DNA of 63,319 nt, the filler included, from Octopus bimaculoides (taxonomy: Eukaryota), in assembly GCF_001194135.2 (NCBI RefSeq). It is 8 parts of 6 records of this genome, joined end to end, with 100 filler letters (N's around TTAATTAATTAA, not from the genome) between each part and the next. Parts side by side here need not be neighbours in the genome. Positions count along the whole stretch, not along the records: positions 26,022 to 40,185 come from NC_069008.1; 7 more parts are not named here. The stretch is one strand, 5' to 3'. The notes beneath the pieces are model-generated. The model was not told the DNA's origin, searched no databases, and was given only the letters and a program-made list of their open reading frames with translations. Both the position numbers and the translations under genes were made by a program. Positions 27,348-38,454 of this stretch are shown here, one piece after another (position 1 is the first letter of the stretch; every line of letters starts with the position of its first letter).

Positions 27348-28481
27348 ATGGAGAACATTAATCACCTAAATACTTCCAATGCAGCTGTTTTGAACGATAT
27401 AACTACAGTTACAAAGACAGACAATGGTGAGGAACCTGTAGACAAAAATATTCCTGAATATCACTGTGAGATTTGTATACAGACATTCTCTTCGAAATAT
27501 GAACTCTCTAAACATGAAGGATTACACAAAGTTACATCATATCATTGTGAAGTTTGTGGAAAATATTTTCTCTCCAGCACTAATTTAAAAAATCACAAAA
27601 GAATTCACACAGGAGAGAAACCTTTCCACTGTGAAACGTGTGGCAAATCTTTCTCTGGTAGTTACAGTCTTGTAGTTCATGTACGCAGTCATACTGGAGA
27701 GAAACCATATTACTGTGAAATATGTGGAAAATATTTTGTCTCAAATAGCATATTAACAAATCATAAAAAAGTACACACTGGAGAAAAGCCCTTTCGTTGT
27801 GAAATATGTGGGAAAGATTTTCTCAAAAACTGTAATTTAATAAGACACAAAAGGATGCATACTGGAGATAGACCTTATCAGTGTGAATTGTGTGAGAAAT
27901 CATTCTTTGATAAGGCTAACCTTAGAATTCATATACGTGGTCACATTGGAGATAAACCATATCGTTGTGAAATTTGTGGAAAATGTTTTTTCCACAACAG
28001 TGATTTAATAATACATCAAAGAATACATACTGGAGAAAAACCGTTCCACTGTGAAATCTGTGGAAGATCATTCACTCAGAATTCTGGTTTTGTTACCCAC
28101 CAAAGAATACATAGTGGAGAAAAACCATTTCATTGTGAAATATGTGGAAAATCTTTTATCTCAAGCAGCAGGTTAACAAGTCACAAAAAAGTCCACACTG
28201 GAGAAAAACCTTATGACTGTGAAATTTGTGGAAAATCATTCTCTGCTAAGTTTAGTCTTGTTATTCATGTTCGCAGTCACACTGGAGAAAAACCATTTCA
28301 TTGTGAATTGTGTGGAAAATCTTATGTCCATAATGGTGACTTCACAAAGCACAAAAAAACACACACTGGAGAAAGACCATTCCACTGTGAAATATGCAGA
28401 AAATCTTTTGCTTCTAACAGTGAATTAACAAAGCATAAAAGAATCCACACTGGCGAAAGACCTTATCACTGTGAAATATGA
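27348..28481 (+). CDS. C2H2 (Kruppel-type) zinc-finger protein, 377 aa, 12 complete tandem fingers in one coding exon
   Basis: Twelve C-x2-C-x12-H-x3-H repeats, mostly with TGEKP-type linkers. A pyrimidine-rich acceptor TTGTTTTACAG ending at 27141 suggests a 5'UTR intron. No KRAB or BTB domain is visible. Confidence 0.93.
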   Translation: MENINHLNTSNAAVLNDITTVTKTDNGEEPVDKNIPEYHCEICIQTFSSKYELSKHEGLHKVTSYHCEVCGKYFLSSTNLKNHKRIHTGEKPFHCETCGKSFSGSYSLVVHVRSHTGEKPYYCEICGKYFVSNSILTNHKKVHTGEKPFRCEICGKDFLKNCNLIRHKRMHTGDRPYQCELCEKSFFDKANLRIHIRGHIGDKPYRCEICGKCFFHNSDLIIHQRIHTGEKPFHCEICGRSFTQNSGFVTHQRIHSGEKPFHCEICGKSFISSSRLTSHKKVHTGEKPYDCEICGKSFSAKFSLVIHVRSHTGEKPFHCELCGKSYVHNGDFTKHKKTHTGERPFHCEICRKSFASNSELTKHKRIHTGERPYHCEI

Positions 28482-28735
28482 ATGAAGTCTTTTGTGTCAG
28501 GCAGTGGCTTGACAAAGCCTAAAGGAATATACGCTGAGACAAAAACTGTCTTGCTGAGAAATATCTGGGAAATCATATCTTAACTGTTTAGTATTTAAAC
28601 CAGCCGTGTCAGGCATTAATATTTTATCTGTTTTATGTACAGATTGGCCAGATCAGGCCTCACACACCTACCTTACAATGTAATTTGAAAAATGAACAGT
28701 CACGTCATTAAAATTTCCAAGTAACATGATAATGC

Positions 28736-29118
28736 ATGGCTGTATGGTAAGTAGCTTGCTTCAACCATATGGCTCCAGGTTCAGTCCCACTGCGTGGCAC
28801 CTTTGGCAAGTGTCTTCTTCTATAGCCTCGGGCCGACCAAAGCCTTGTGAGAGGAAACTGAAAGAAGCCCGTCGTGTATATATATATATGTGTGTGTGTG
28901 TGTGTATTTGTGTGTCTATGTTTGTCTCCCCAACATCGCTTGGCAACCGATGCTGGTGTGTTTACGTCCCTGTAACTTAGCGGTTCGGCAAGGGAGACCG
29001 ATAGAATAAGTACTAAGCTTACAAAGAATGAGTCCTGGGGTTGATTTGCTTGACTAAAGGCGGTGCTCCAGCATGGCCACAGTCAAATGACTGAAACAAA
29101 TAAAATAATAAAATAAAC
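28736..29118 (+). mobile_element. Family A CORE-type SINE downstream of the ZNF stop
   Basis: Near full-length homologue of 13704-14115, with internal (TA)(TG) tract and A-rich tail. Confidence 0.88.
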
Positions 29119-29989
29119 ATTACATTTGACAGAGTGATTTGAATGCTAAGGGGTTAGTAAACTAAAGTGTTACCTGTCTTACAATGGACACTTTTGTCAT
29201 CATAGGTAATATGAAGAAGTAGAGCATATATACAATAATTATAATTTAATTTCTGTCAGATATATTGGTGCTTATGCAGAATGATGAAATGAATATCAAT
29301 TTTCAAAAGAAATATATTTAATTAAAATATGCGTGTATTCATGTGTGTGTGTGTATANNNNNNNNNNNNNNNNNNNNNNNNNNNNNNNNNNNNNNNNNNN
29401 NNNNNNNNNNNNNNNNNNNNNNNNNNNNNNNNNNNNNNNNNNNNNNNNNNNNNNNNNCTGCTGCTACAATCACATCACAAACAATAACATTCAAACTCTT
29501 GGTTCTTATGTTTTCATAGTAATGACATTTTTCTTTGTTTATAAAAAGAATAAATATTTTGTTTATCATAAATCTCAACAAATTTCAGTGTTTTTTGTAT
29601 ACCTTCTTCTCTCCCATTTATTCCCTCTACATTGTTTCATGTTTATTTTTACTATATTTTTTGTGCTTTATTATACTATTCTAAACCATTGTACTTTCAT
29701 CCTTTTCTCTTTCTACCTCCTCTCTCTATGATTCTTTCTCTTATATATATTATCTGAGTTATACTATATGCCATCATAGAGAAAGGTTATCCCTTTTACT
29801 GGATATACATGTGGAACTTGGTTAATGTATACAGAATTTATATGAAATTTATAAAACAAAAATATAGACTGAACAAGTGAGTGACTTTAATAGCACTGAT
29901 AGCAGTGCTATGAAATCCACTCACCTGATGACTCGCAGGCACACAACTGCTACTAGATCATATTTGTTTATGTAATTATTTATAAAATA

Positions 29990-30310
29990 ATTTATGTAAT
30001 AGTAATAGATGAATGAACGACAAAGCATACCTGTGTTGAGAGAGAAGTTGAGCATAAGAGGAATTAAATGCAGAGAGGATACTACGTTGGTTTGGACATG
30101 TGGTGCATATGAAGGAAGACAGCTGTATAAACAAGTGTCAGTCACTGAAAATGGACGGTACCTGTGGGAGAAGGAGACCCAGGAAGACATGGGATGAAGT
30201 GGTGAGAACCTATCTTAAGATGTTGGGGCTCACAGAGGAAATGACAATGGACTGAGATGTCTGGCACTATGAAGCTCAAGAGAAGACCCACCCACATCAG
30301 CAAAACTGAG
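29990..30310 (+). mobile_element. RTE-clade LINE 3' ORF fragment
   Basis: LREKLSIRGIKC..WFGHVVHMKEDSC..GTCGRRRPRKTWDEVV..LGLTEEMT; homologous to 50130-50400. Confidence 0.85.
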
Positions 30311-30984
30311 GGCTAGAAGTGTTGTCCTTCCTACATGTAGCGATAAAGTTTTCACACACCCTACCCCTACAATCCAAACTACGTCTCCTCTCACAAATTG
30401 CATCTCTTCTCTTCTTCACATTTCCTCTTCATACACTATGATTATCTCCCACTCCCCATCCCTACCCTCACTGTACTGCTGCTTCCCCCCCCCCTTTATA
30501 CTCAGGTTCTCACCAGTTTCTGAAATTCCCACCCCCATTCCCTACTCACGTCTTCTTGGCAATACCTGGCCACATATATTATGATCCCTTGTACCTCTGG
30601 CAATTGCCACCATTTATCTCTCTGGTCTTTACTCTACCCTCTTGTCTATGCTCTGAATCCCATTCCTTGTGAATATACCCTGGCACTTCACCATCATCTC
30701 TCTCCTGCATTCTTGATGTCCCCCACTCTCTCTCTCTCTCTCTCCCTCTCTTTCCCTTGTTCTTCCCTTTAGCACCTCTCTTTGTCTTCTTTCTTGTTAC
30801 CTCTTTTTCTCTGTCTCTCCCCCCTCTCTCTCGAGTAACCATGTACCTCCTTTATAGCAAAACACCTGCTTCTGTTTCTGTCTCTCTAACCTTTCATCAT
30901 CCGATACAAGATCACTCCCTCCAATGCCCCCTCCCCTCTGAAAATTCCTTGACTTGCAAGTTACTTGGTGACCCTGCTGGAGCT

Positions 30985-31150
30985 GGTGTAGCATAAAAAA
31001 TATCCAGTCCACACTATAAAGTGGTTGGCATTTGGAAGGGCATCCAGCTGTAAAAACCACGCCAAAATTGACTTTACCTGTGCTGATGCCATGTAAAAAG
31101 CACTCAGTCTACTCTACTGGGTGGTTGCTATTAGGAAGGGCAGCCCAATG
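30985..31150 (+). mobile_element. Degenerate RTE-tail repeat
   Basis: GTGGTTGGCATTTGGAAGGGCATCCAGCTGTAAAAAC matches the tail at 57845-57880. Confidence 0.65.
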
Positions 31151-31799
31151 GGAAAGTTACTTTTGTGTTTCTGAATCAGCTCCTGTCCCCACCAAACTCT
31201 TCTGTATTGAAGAAATACCCCAATTATATTCAACCTTCAATAAGATCAACCATTTGCAGGCCTATTTACATCATCAATATTTCACTACCTTCATAAGGTT
31301 TTTCTCCTTTGGGCCCACAAGTACTGTTTTCATAGAAACAAACATTAGAGACATCATTTCATAAATTACATTCTAGTAATCTCTCTCTCTCTCCCAAGAA
31401 AACATTAACAAAATTAATGTTGCTGCTCTTAACAACATCAAAACCTTAGACTATGTTGGATAAGGTTTTTTAACAAAATTGTCTAACATCTCTTGCATCT
31501 CGTGTGTTGACAATAATCTTTCTGATTTATATTCTATTAAATTGTGTCTGCTTCATTGTTTAATTAGGTCCTGTACACTCTTCTTTCTCTTTATAATAAC
31601 ATTATTTCTATATTGCATATTCTCAACCTGTATAAACAGATTCCCATGACATTTAAGACAAAAAACTGAACCGCTGTAGATTATACTCACTGACATTTTT
31701 CTAGTTTTAAGAGTTCCTCAAGAATAAGGAAAACATTAATCACTTGGACACTTCTAACACAATCTATTGTTTTTGATAATATAGATATGGCTATACAAA

Positions 31800-32365
31800 C
31801 AGAGATGAGAAACCCACAGACAAAAAGTGCTCCTACAGAATAAACCTGTTCCTATTCGAGGGAGGTAGATCTCTAGTCTGAGACATGACATGCAGCAACA
31901 CGTTCTCCAGCTCCAACCCTGCAGCATTGACTGCAACATCTAGGTTTGCATTCAATACCTTGCAAGTTACATGGCAACCTCATGAAAAAGCTCCCACTAC
32001 ACTCTGTAAAGTGGTTGGCATTATGAAAGGAATCCAACCAAAGAAACTATGCCAAAGATGAGACTGGAGCTCAATGCAGCCCTGCTTGCTAGTCAGTTCT
32101 CTGAAACTGCCCTACCCATGCCAGGATGGAAAATAGTCTTTAAATGAAATGAAATGATGATGATGATAACTATGACTGTGGACAGGGATCTACCCAGTTT
32201 GTGCCAGTCACCATCGAGACATCAAGGGTTTTAGGATCCCATATTACCGATTTCTTCTGCAAAATAGGGATAATAGAAGCCCACCAGAGAAATAAACCCT
32301 GTTAGGTGGAGTGGCTGCTATAGTAAGGGTCGCTGGCCATTCTCCGCAGCAATACCATCATGGTC
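31800..32365 (+). mobile_element. CRE-clade non-LTR retrotransposon C-terminal (RLE) fragment, interrupted by an RTE-tail repeat at ~31975-32165
   Basis: LFEGGRSLV*DMTCSNTFSSSN before the insert; FVPVTIETSRVLG..FFCKIG..EWLL**GSLAILRSNTIMV after it. Confidence 0.7.
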
Positions 32366-32557
32366 ATTACCTCAGGGTACGGCTGAACACACTTTTTTTT
32401 TCTGAAGTATGTGGCACGTTGCTCCCTGCCCTTCCCCCCCCATCTGCTGTTTTGCCCCCACCATTTATTTTACTTTCTTTTTCTGTTCTTATCTCTCTTT
32501 TTCCCCTTTCCTTATATTTAAATGTTATAATTAAAATTTCGTTAATTACACAATAAT

Positions 32558-32860
32558 GTTGACAAAAATGTTCCTGAATATTGTTGTGAGATTTGTAGGA
32601 AGACAATCTCTTCAGAACAAGAAGTATTCAGACACAAAGAAATACAAAATACACGAAAAATCCTATCATAAAATTTGTGGGAAATATTGTGCAAAGCAGT
32701 TTTTTACAAAATCACAAGAAAGAGTACACTGAAGAAAGACACCATCATGTGAAACACCTGGAAACTGCTTCGTCATTAACCCTTTCGAGACACAAGGTGT
32801 TTCAGTATATGTAGTAGAAAATATCAAAATTTTTTTACTATTGAGAGACATCTACAGAAA
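32558..32860 (+). pseudogene. Decayed C2H2 zinc-finger paralogue of 27348-28481
   Basis: VDKNVPEYCCEICRKTISSEQEVFRHKE aligns with VDKNIPEYHCEICIQTFSSKYELSKHEG; DNA GACAAAAATGTTCCTGAATAT vs GACAAAAATATTCCTGAATAT; frameshifts and stops follow. Confidence 0.8.
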
Positions 32861-33384
32861 GACAATTTCTGATTAGTTATTCTACATCAAATCCAACCAT
32901 TCACAACATTTGTTCTATTGGACTGATGGACGGTCTCAAAGCCTATTTATGGGGTCGATCAATCGACCTGGATGTAACAAAGCAGAAAAGAATATTTTAT
33001 CTTGTTTCAGACATTAAGACTGTAGCCATTTACTTGTTTTCCTACATTTTATCAGTTCTTGCATCAAAATAACGGGAGAAACCATTGGTAAATATCAGTA
33101 TTGAAGCACTTGAACAATCAAATACCCTTTAATGTCTCAGTTGAAAATATTATTGCTTGTGACCTTGAGGTACCTGATGACGATATAAAGGGGTTTCTAG
33201 CATTACAATGGATTGAGAAGAGCTTGCAAATTCTATGAGTAGCTCCTGCATGGGACAAAACATCACCGATGATAATTTCATCTATAAAAAATTACACATT
33301 TTCATTTTCAGTATCGTTATGAAACGTCATAACAAAATCAGTGTTGGCTATAATTTCTGTAGAAAATTTGTTGAGATAACCTGA

Positions 33385-33475
33385 AGTATTGCTGAGGCCC
33401 CCTTCGGTCATGACTGACCATGGGATTGCACCTAGAAAGTTACCCTCCGAGGCACAAGTCCGGGCAAGATTGTGT
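33385..33475 (-). mobile_element. 3' tail fragment of family C SINE
   Basis: Reverse complement of 48677-48752. Confidence 0.75.
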
Positions 33476-33484
33476 TGGAAGTTA

Positions 33485-33893
33485 TGTTGGCACTGGATGG
33501 GTGCCACACAATTCCTTACGTAATCGTGGAAGGAAAATAGCGGAACAAGAATATCTGAACAAAAACAATCTTTATTTTTCGTCTGTACAAGCGTTACATC
33601 TTGCGACAATCAGTAGCCAGGTCGCCTTAGTGTGGAACCAGCAGAATCGGTTTAATCACAATTGTGAAGGCATTCTTCACAGGTTAGCCAACAGCGTGTG
33701 GCGCCTTCAGTATTCCAGCTACACAGAGCTGGTCAAGTTGTATGTGGCTCGGTCAGCAGCAAAGGTGAAGAGAGTGAATGGTGGTCAAGCCTAGTGGCTG
33801 CTGATGTTTGAACATGTGCATAAGAGGCTCTAATCCCTGCGCATGCATGGATAAAAAATCCCAAAATGGTGACTGGAACCAGGCGTCACTACA
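33485..33893 (-). mobile_element. Possible LTR
   Basis: TG...CA termini and a minus-strand AATAAA near its end; close to a minus-strand Gypsy integrase tail. No TSD or PPT seen. Confidence 0.35.
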
Positions 33894-34099
33894 AGGCTCA
33901 CGAAAACAGGAAAATTGTAGTGGCACCAGAAACAAGATGGCTACCGATCACCCACAAGATGTGGCACAAAATATGTCAACTAAAAATAAAAAATTATTAC
34001 AGTATAGATAAGCATGCACAAATTTTTTTTTTTTTTTACAAAATGTTCAAAAACAAAACATTGAAATTGTCCAGTACACAAAGGCACACTTGTCTGTCA

Positions 34100-34490
34100 C
34101 AGGAAACACAATACAGAATGTCAAATGTAGTCTTTGCAAGTTTCTTGGGCCAGTGAACAGTTCTGCCTGATCTGGTAACATAAGGTTTGCTCGAGGCACT
34201 TTTCGGCGACGAAGTTGGCATTGCAAGCGTTGGTAGTGGCAACGGTGCCTGTGTAGGTGAATGTATTGTCATTGGCGTATGTGTAGGTGGTGTTGTCAGG
34301 GGGGTGGGGGTGGCAGTGGTGTCATCGAAAGATGTAGACACCTCAAAATATGCATTTTTAAGTCAGTCCACAGAAATGGTCTCCATACAACCATTCATCT
34401 CGATAGTTAAAAACTTTGGGTGTGCGAGAAAGCACACAAAAAGGTCCTTTATAAGGAGAAACAAGAGGTCCCTTGACAGAGTCATCTCGA
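34100..34490 (-). mobile_element. Ty3/Gypsy integrase C-terminal (GPY/F) fragment
   Basis: VRDDSVKGPLVSPYKGPFCVLSRTPK..TIEMNGCMETISVD*LKNAY..TRSGRTVHWPKKL. Confidence 0.8.
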
Positions 34491-34494
34491 ACAG

Positions 34495-34975
34495 AAACAT
34501 GCGACCAAGAATCAGATGTGGTGTGCAGGACAGACGACTGTGCTAGTATGGTTATTTGTTGGGAATGGATGAGGACAGCTGTGTGAAAAAGTGTTACACC
34601 CTAACTGTAACACTACCTGTGGAAGACATGGGATGAGATGGTGAAGCATAACCTTCAAATATTGAGCTTCACATCGGCAATGACAAGAGACCAGGACCTT
34701 TGGAAGCACATTGTGATTGAGAAGACACGGCAACTAAAGTGAGATCGTAGCCACACACATCCAGCCCTGTTAAGAATACTCCTGATGTGTTGGGCGATAT
34801 GATATGCTTGAGTCAAGTAAAACTAGTACCATAGCTGGGGTCTGGTGCTCCCTAGCTGGCTCCTGTGCCAATGGGACATAAAAAGCACCCACTACATTCT
34901 CAGAATGGTTGGCGTAAGGAAGGGCATCCAGCTGTAGAAACTATGCTAGACTAGATTGGAGCCTGGGCATCCTGT
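34495..34975 (+). mobile_element. RTE LINE 3' fragment with one 66-bp unit and the start of the tail
   Basis: KTWDEMVKHNLQILSFTSAMTRDQDLWKHIVIEKTR, then TAAAAAGCACCCACTAC..GGAAGGGCATCCAGCTGTAGAAAC; cut off by the foldback. Confidence 0.82.
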
Positions 34976-34977
34976 GT

Positions 34978-35450
34978 TGAAAACTGCATTGAGTAAGTAA
35001 AAAGCAAGCGATTAGTAGTAGAGAGCAGTAGCATTCGAAGCGAGCAAAGACACGGTGGCCGCCGGCAACTCGTGGTGTGATTGAAAGGTCGTCGTCTCAG
35101 CTGCGATATTAACCACAAGTGTGTGTGTCCGTGTGTTACGCACGCTATCGAGAACCAGTTCTTAGTAAAAATCACCAGCAGCCACATGGCTTTGCTGAAC
35201 AATGACGATTTTCTGACGGCAAGGGGAGGCGCATAACAGTATGGTGGCTGCTGTGAACTTTACCACAAACTGGTTCTCGATAGCGTGCGTAACACACAGA
35301 CACACACACTCGCGGTCGATATCGCAGCCGAGAAGACAACCTTTCAATCATACCATGGGTCGCTGGCAGCGGCCGCGTCTTTGCTTGCTTCGAATGCTAT
35401 TGCTCTCTACTACTAATCGCTTGCTTTTTACTTACTCAATGCAGTTTTCA
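34978..35450. mobile_element. Foldback element: ~210-bp inverted arms, ~53-nt spacer
   Basis: 34978-35187 is a near reverse complement of 35241-35450; a partial third arm copy lies at ~35560-35660. Confidence 0.88.
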
Positions 35451-35680
35451 CTTCGGAGAACCAGACAGAGATCGCATTGCGTTCATGCGTGCATCCAGAC
35501 TCGTGCTCGATAGCACTGACGACAACCTTATCTGTCTACCTCTGCCTTAGCCGCATGCATTACGCACGGACACACACACTTGCGGTTGATATCACGACGA
35601 CAGATTTGCCTGTCGCCAGCTCTTTGTTCGCTCTGAACTCTACTACTAATCGCTTGCCTGCTTCCAGCTTTATTCGTAAT

Positions 35681-35778
35681 ATCATCATCATCATCACCAT
35701 CGATTAACGTCCGTTTTCTATGATGGCATGGGTTGGACAGTTTGACTGAAGTCTGGAAAGCCAGCAGCTACACCAGGT
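35681..35778 (-). mobile_element. RTE-tail repeat 3' end
   Basis: (ATC)n-TTAACGTCCGTTTTC..GGCATGGGTTGGACAGTTTGACTGA is the reverse complement of the tail. Confidence 0.8.
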
Positions 35779-35840
35779 AAATACAAAATGGCTGATCGTT
35801 AGCAAGGAGGGACACACATATAAGAAAGAAGAAAGCAATG

Positions 35841-35884
35841 GACCACTGATGAGGTCACAGAAGTGTGACGAAAGAACTCTGGGC
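35841..35884 (+). ncRNA. Minimal Penelope-type hammerhead ribozyme motif
   Basis: CCA-CTGATGA-G-GTCAC-AGAAGT-GTGAC-GAAA-GAAC-TC-TGG: intact core, 5-bp stem II, 1-bp stem III with a 4-nt loop, 3-bp stem I. Confidence 0.65.
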
Positions 35885-36048
35885 GAAATATGATTAATGT
35901 AATGTAATGTAATATAAAGCTGAAGCAAATTAACACCAAATATACAGTGTGTGTGTGTTTTATTGGCTAAACTGGCAACATGACCATCCCCAAATACAAC
36001 AATATCCGTTTCAACACACGATTTCACATCAAAAATCTTGCAAAACAA

Positions 36049-36080
<32 letters not shown>

Positions 36081-37267
36081 GTCTGTCTATCTCTCTATTC
36101 ATCTATCTATCCATCTGTCTGTTGATCAATCAATCAATCAGTATGCCGTCAGACCTTGGCAATTTCTGTATTGTCCTAAAAAACTTATGGAGGAAGTTTT
36201 GAAAATATCTTCTGAAAAACTTTTTAAACTTTTGAAAGTTTCTAAAACACTTTCCGGAATTTTAAACGAGGATTTCCAAGGGTCTGTAATCTATTAAAAT
36301 CTCACCCTTTCACAATGCCTCAACTTTTCATTTCTCCATCGTTAATTGCTAATTTCTCAATTGTCACCTGTTCATTCCTCCTGTCATATTCACAGGTGCC
36401 TTAACTCATACCTTAGCTTAACGTCCCCTGTTTCTTTCCGACACTACACTTTACTCTCTCTTTTCACCTCCCCAACCTTTCCCTACTAACAGCGTTACCC
36501 TGTTGCCTCTCTATACTTGACTACAACTACGTTGTCTGAGATACATCAGTTCGTATTGAGAATTATCTTCCCTTAGCTGTTTTGCGCCTCTCCCTCCCTC
36601 TCTCTCTCTCTCGCTCTGATATACGCATGCGCTGTAGTGATTTCTTCTTGAGTTTTTGATGTTTCTTTGTTGTTCTTCATTCATTCATCCTCCTGTGTTG
36701 ATGTTTTGGGTCACAACTACTGGATTGCGATATTTTCCACCACCACCCGCTACCCATACATTTTTCAAATCTTAGCTACTTGCTACTTTAAAATTTAAAA
36801 TTGTAATGGTAAGAATTCTTTCGAATAATCATCTTTTAAAAAAAAAGTTACCAATAATGTAAAGTACAACCGAAGACTTCGTTTTTGTATCTGGTTTGCA
36901 AGATTCTATTTGTAAATTCGTGTGTTGAAACAAATTTAGTGTCTAGAGAGATTCATTATGTCAATATTATTTACACATGCACTGGTTATTATTTGTTAAT
37001 TGGTTAAATATCCAACTCACTAATCGATTGTTTAGTTTCTGTTTGTTACTTTTTTTTGTCCCAACCAATTGACTAATAATAAAGGAGTGGAATTGAACAA
37101 GTGTGTATGTTAATAATATTGGCATAATGATTATCCCTAGACACACCAGAGAATATATATGTATATATCTATAGCTTTTTGTTCATATATCCGAAAAAGA
37201 AGCACACTCTAAAGTTCTCAAACCATTTTTTATCTTTGGACTCCTTTGATCGCTATTTTAATCTCGT

Positions 37268-37790
37268 GGGCCCCCAAAGCCACTCAATGTTTAAAAACTA
37301 GTTTTATAGAAACTTCGGTAGAGATGGACTATATGTAATCTGAACCTTTCCCCACCTTATTTATTAATTTTTTTTACGGAATCCCACATTTTAGGCTATG
37401 GAGATTCCGATTCTGAAAAAAAAAATTTTGAAAAATTTCAACCCCCCCCCCACCAAGCAGGCTATTTACATGCTAGAAATAACAGCCAAATCTCACAAAA
37501 CTAGTGTTAGGGTTAGGTTTAGGGTTAGGGTTAGGGTTAGNNNNNNNNNNNNNNNNNNNNNNNNNNNNNNNNNNNNNNNNNNNNNNNNNNNNNNNNNNNN
37601 NNNNNNNNNNNNNNNNNCCAGATTACATATACTCCATCTCCACCGAAACTTCTTTCAAAATTCGTATTTTGTTTTTCAAACATTAACTTGTGTAGGCTGA
37701 ACGATTTAAAATTAGAGGAAGAAACTTAGCCGTTTCTTGTAATACATACCAATAGATACATCTAAATCAACATTTTTGAGGGGCCCTTAA
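37268..37790. mobile_element. MITE-like element with a central (TTAGGG)n array
   Basis: GAAACTTCGGTAGAGATGGACTATATGTAATCTG (37310-37343) is inverted at 37619-37652; outer GGGCCC termini; TTAGGG units at 37507-37540 run into an N gap. Confidence 0.62.
37507..37540 (+). repeat. Interstitial telomeric repeat (TTAGGG)n
   Basis: TTAGGGTTAGGTTTAGGGTTAGGGTTAGGGTTAG followed by N. Confidence 0.9.
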
Positions 37791-37814
37791 AATACTATTG
37801 TGGATTTCTAATTT

Positions 37815-38450
37815 ATTATTTAATGGTTATTGAAACATGCCAGCACGTTTGCAGCGTTGCCGCGGGTGATGGCGAGGCTGAACAGCCAAGCGCCCTCACG
37901 AGCCTCACCAGTTAACCCTGCAAGGCGAGTTGCCAGTGAAGACAGGAATCTCGCAGTTAGTGGTCCGACGCCACAGGATAGAAAATGTAGTTGACCGACA
38001 GATCGTGGTATTGCAGGATTTTGTTCCGCTCGGCCAAAGAAGCTGTGGATCTCGCCCTGACCGCAGCATCCGGGATGTGAGAAGAAGCAAAGGAGTCGCT
38101 AACAAGGCATCTGTCTTGCGACCAGGGTCACAGAGTAAGGCTGTCAGGTCTCTTTCCATCACATCTAGACAATCCAGATAGTTCCAAGATGGAGAGGATG
38201 TTTGCCCAAGCCAAGCTCCTCTTGAGTATCGGATTCAACAGTGTATGATGCGCAAAGCAACCAGCATTCAGGCGGCAAGAAAAGCCATGGGGGCCTGTGG
38301 AGTCGAGGAGCCTTCCACAACGACTGGACGAAGAGGGAGTGGAAGGTGACCTTCGAAATTATGACAGTCCTCCACCTTCTCAGGAGCAGACAAGCCCAAT
38401 TCCCTCCAGTGTTGGAGATCTTCATCCAACTCCCTATTGGAACTGGTCTA
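37815..38450 (-). mobile_element. CRE-clade retrotransposon 3' fragment (zinc-knuckle remnant and RLE)
   Basis: Minus strand HGFSCRLNAGCFAHHTLLNPILKRSLAWANILSILELSGLSRCDGKRPDSLTL*PWSQDRCLV..SLAERNKILQYHDLSVNYIFYPVA. Confidence 0.85.
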
Positions 38451-38454
38451 TGTT

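Noticed and set aside
37507-37540. True telomere or chromosome end
   Set aside because: Array is short, internal, and enclosed by the inverted arms of a MITE.
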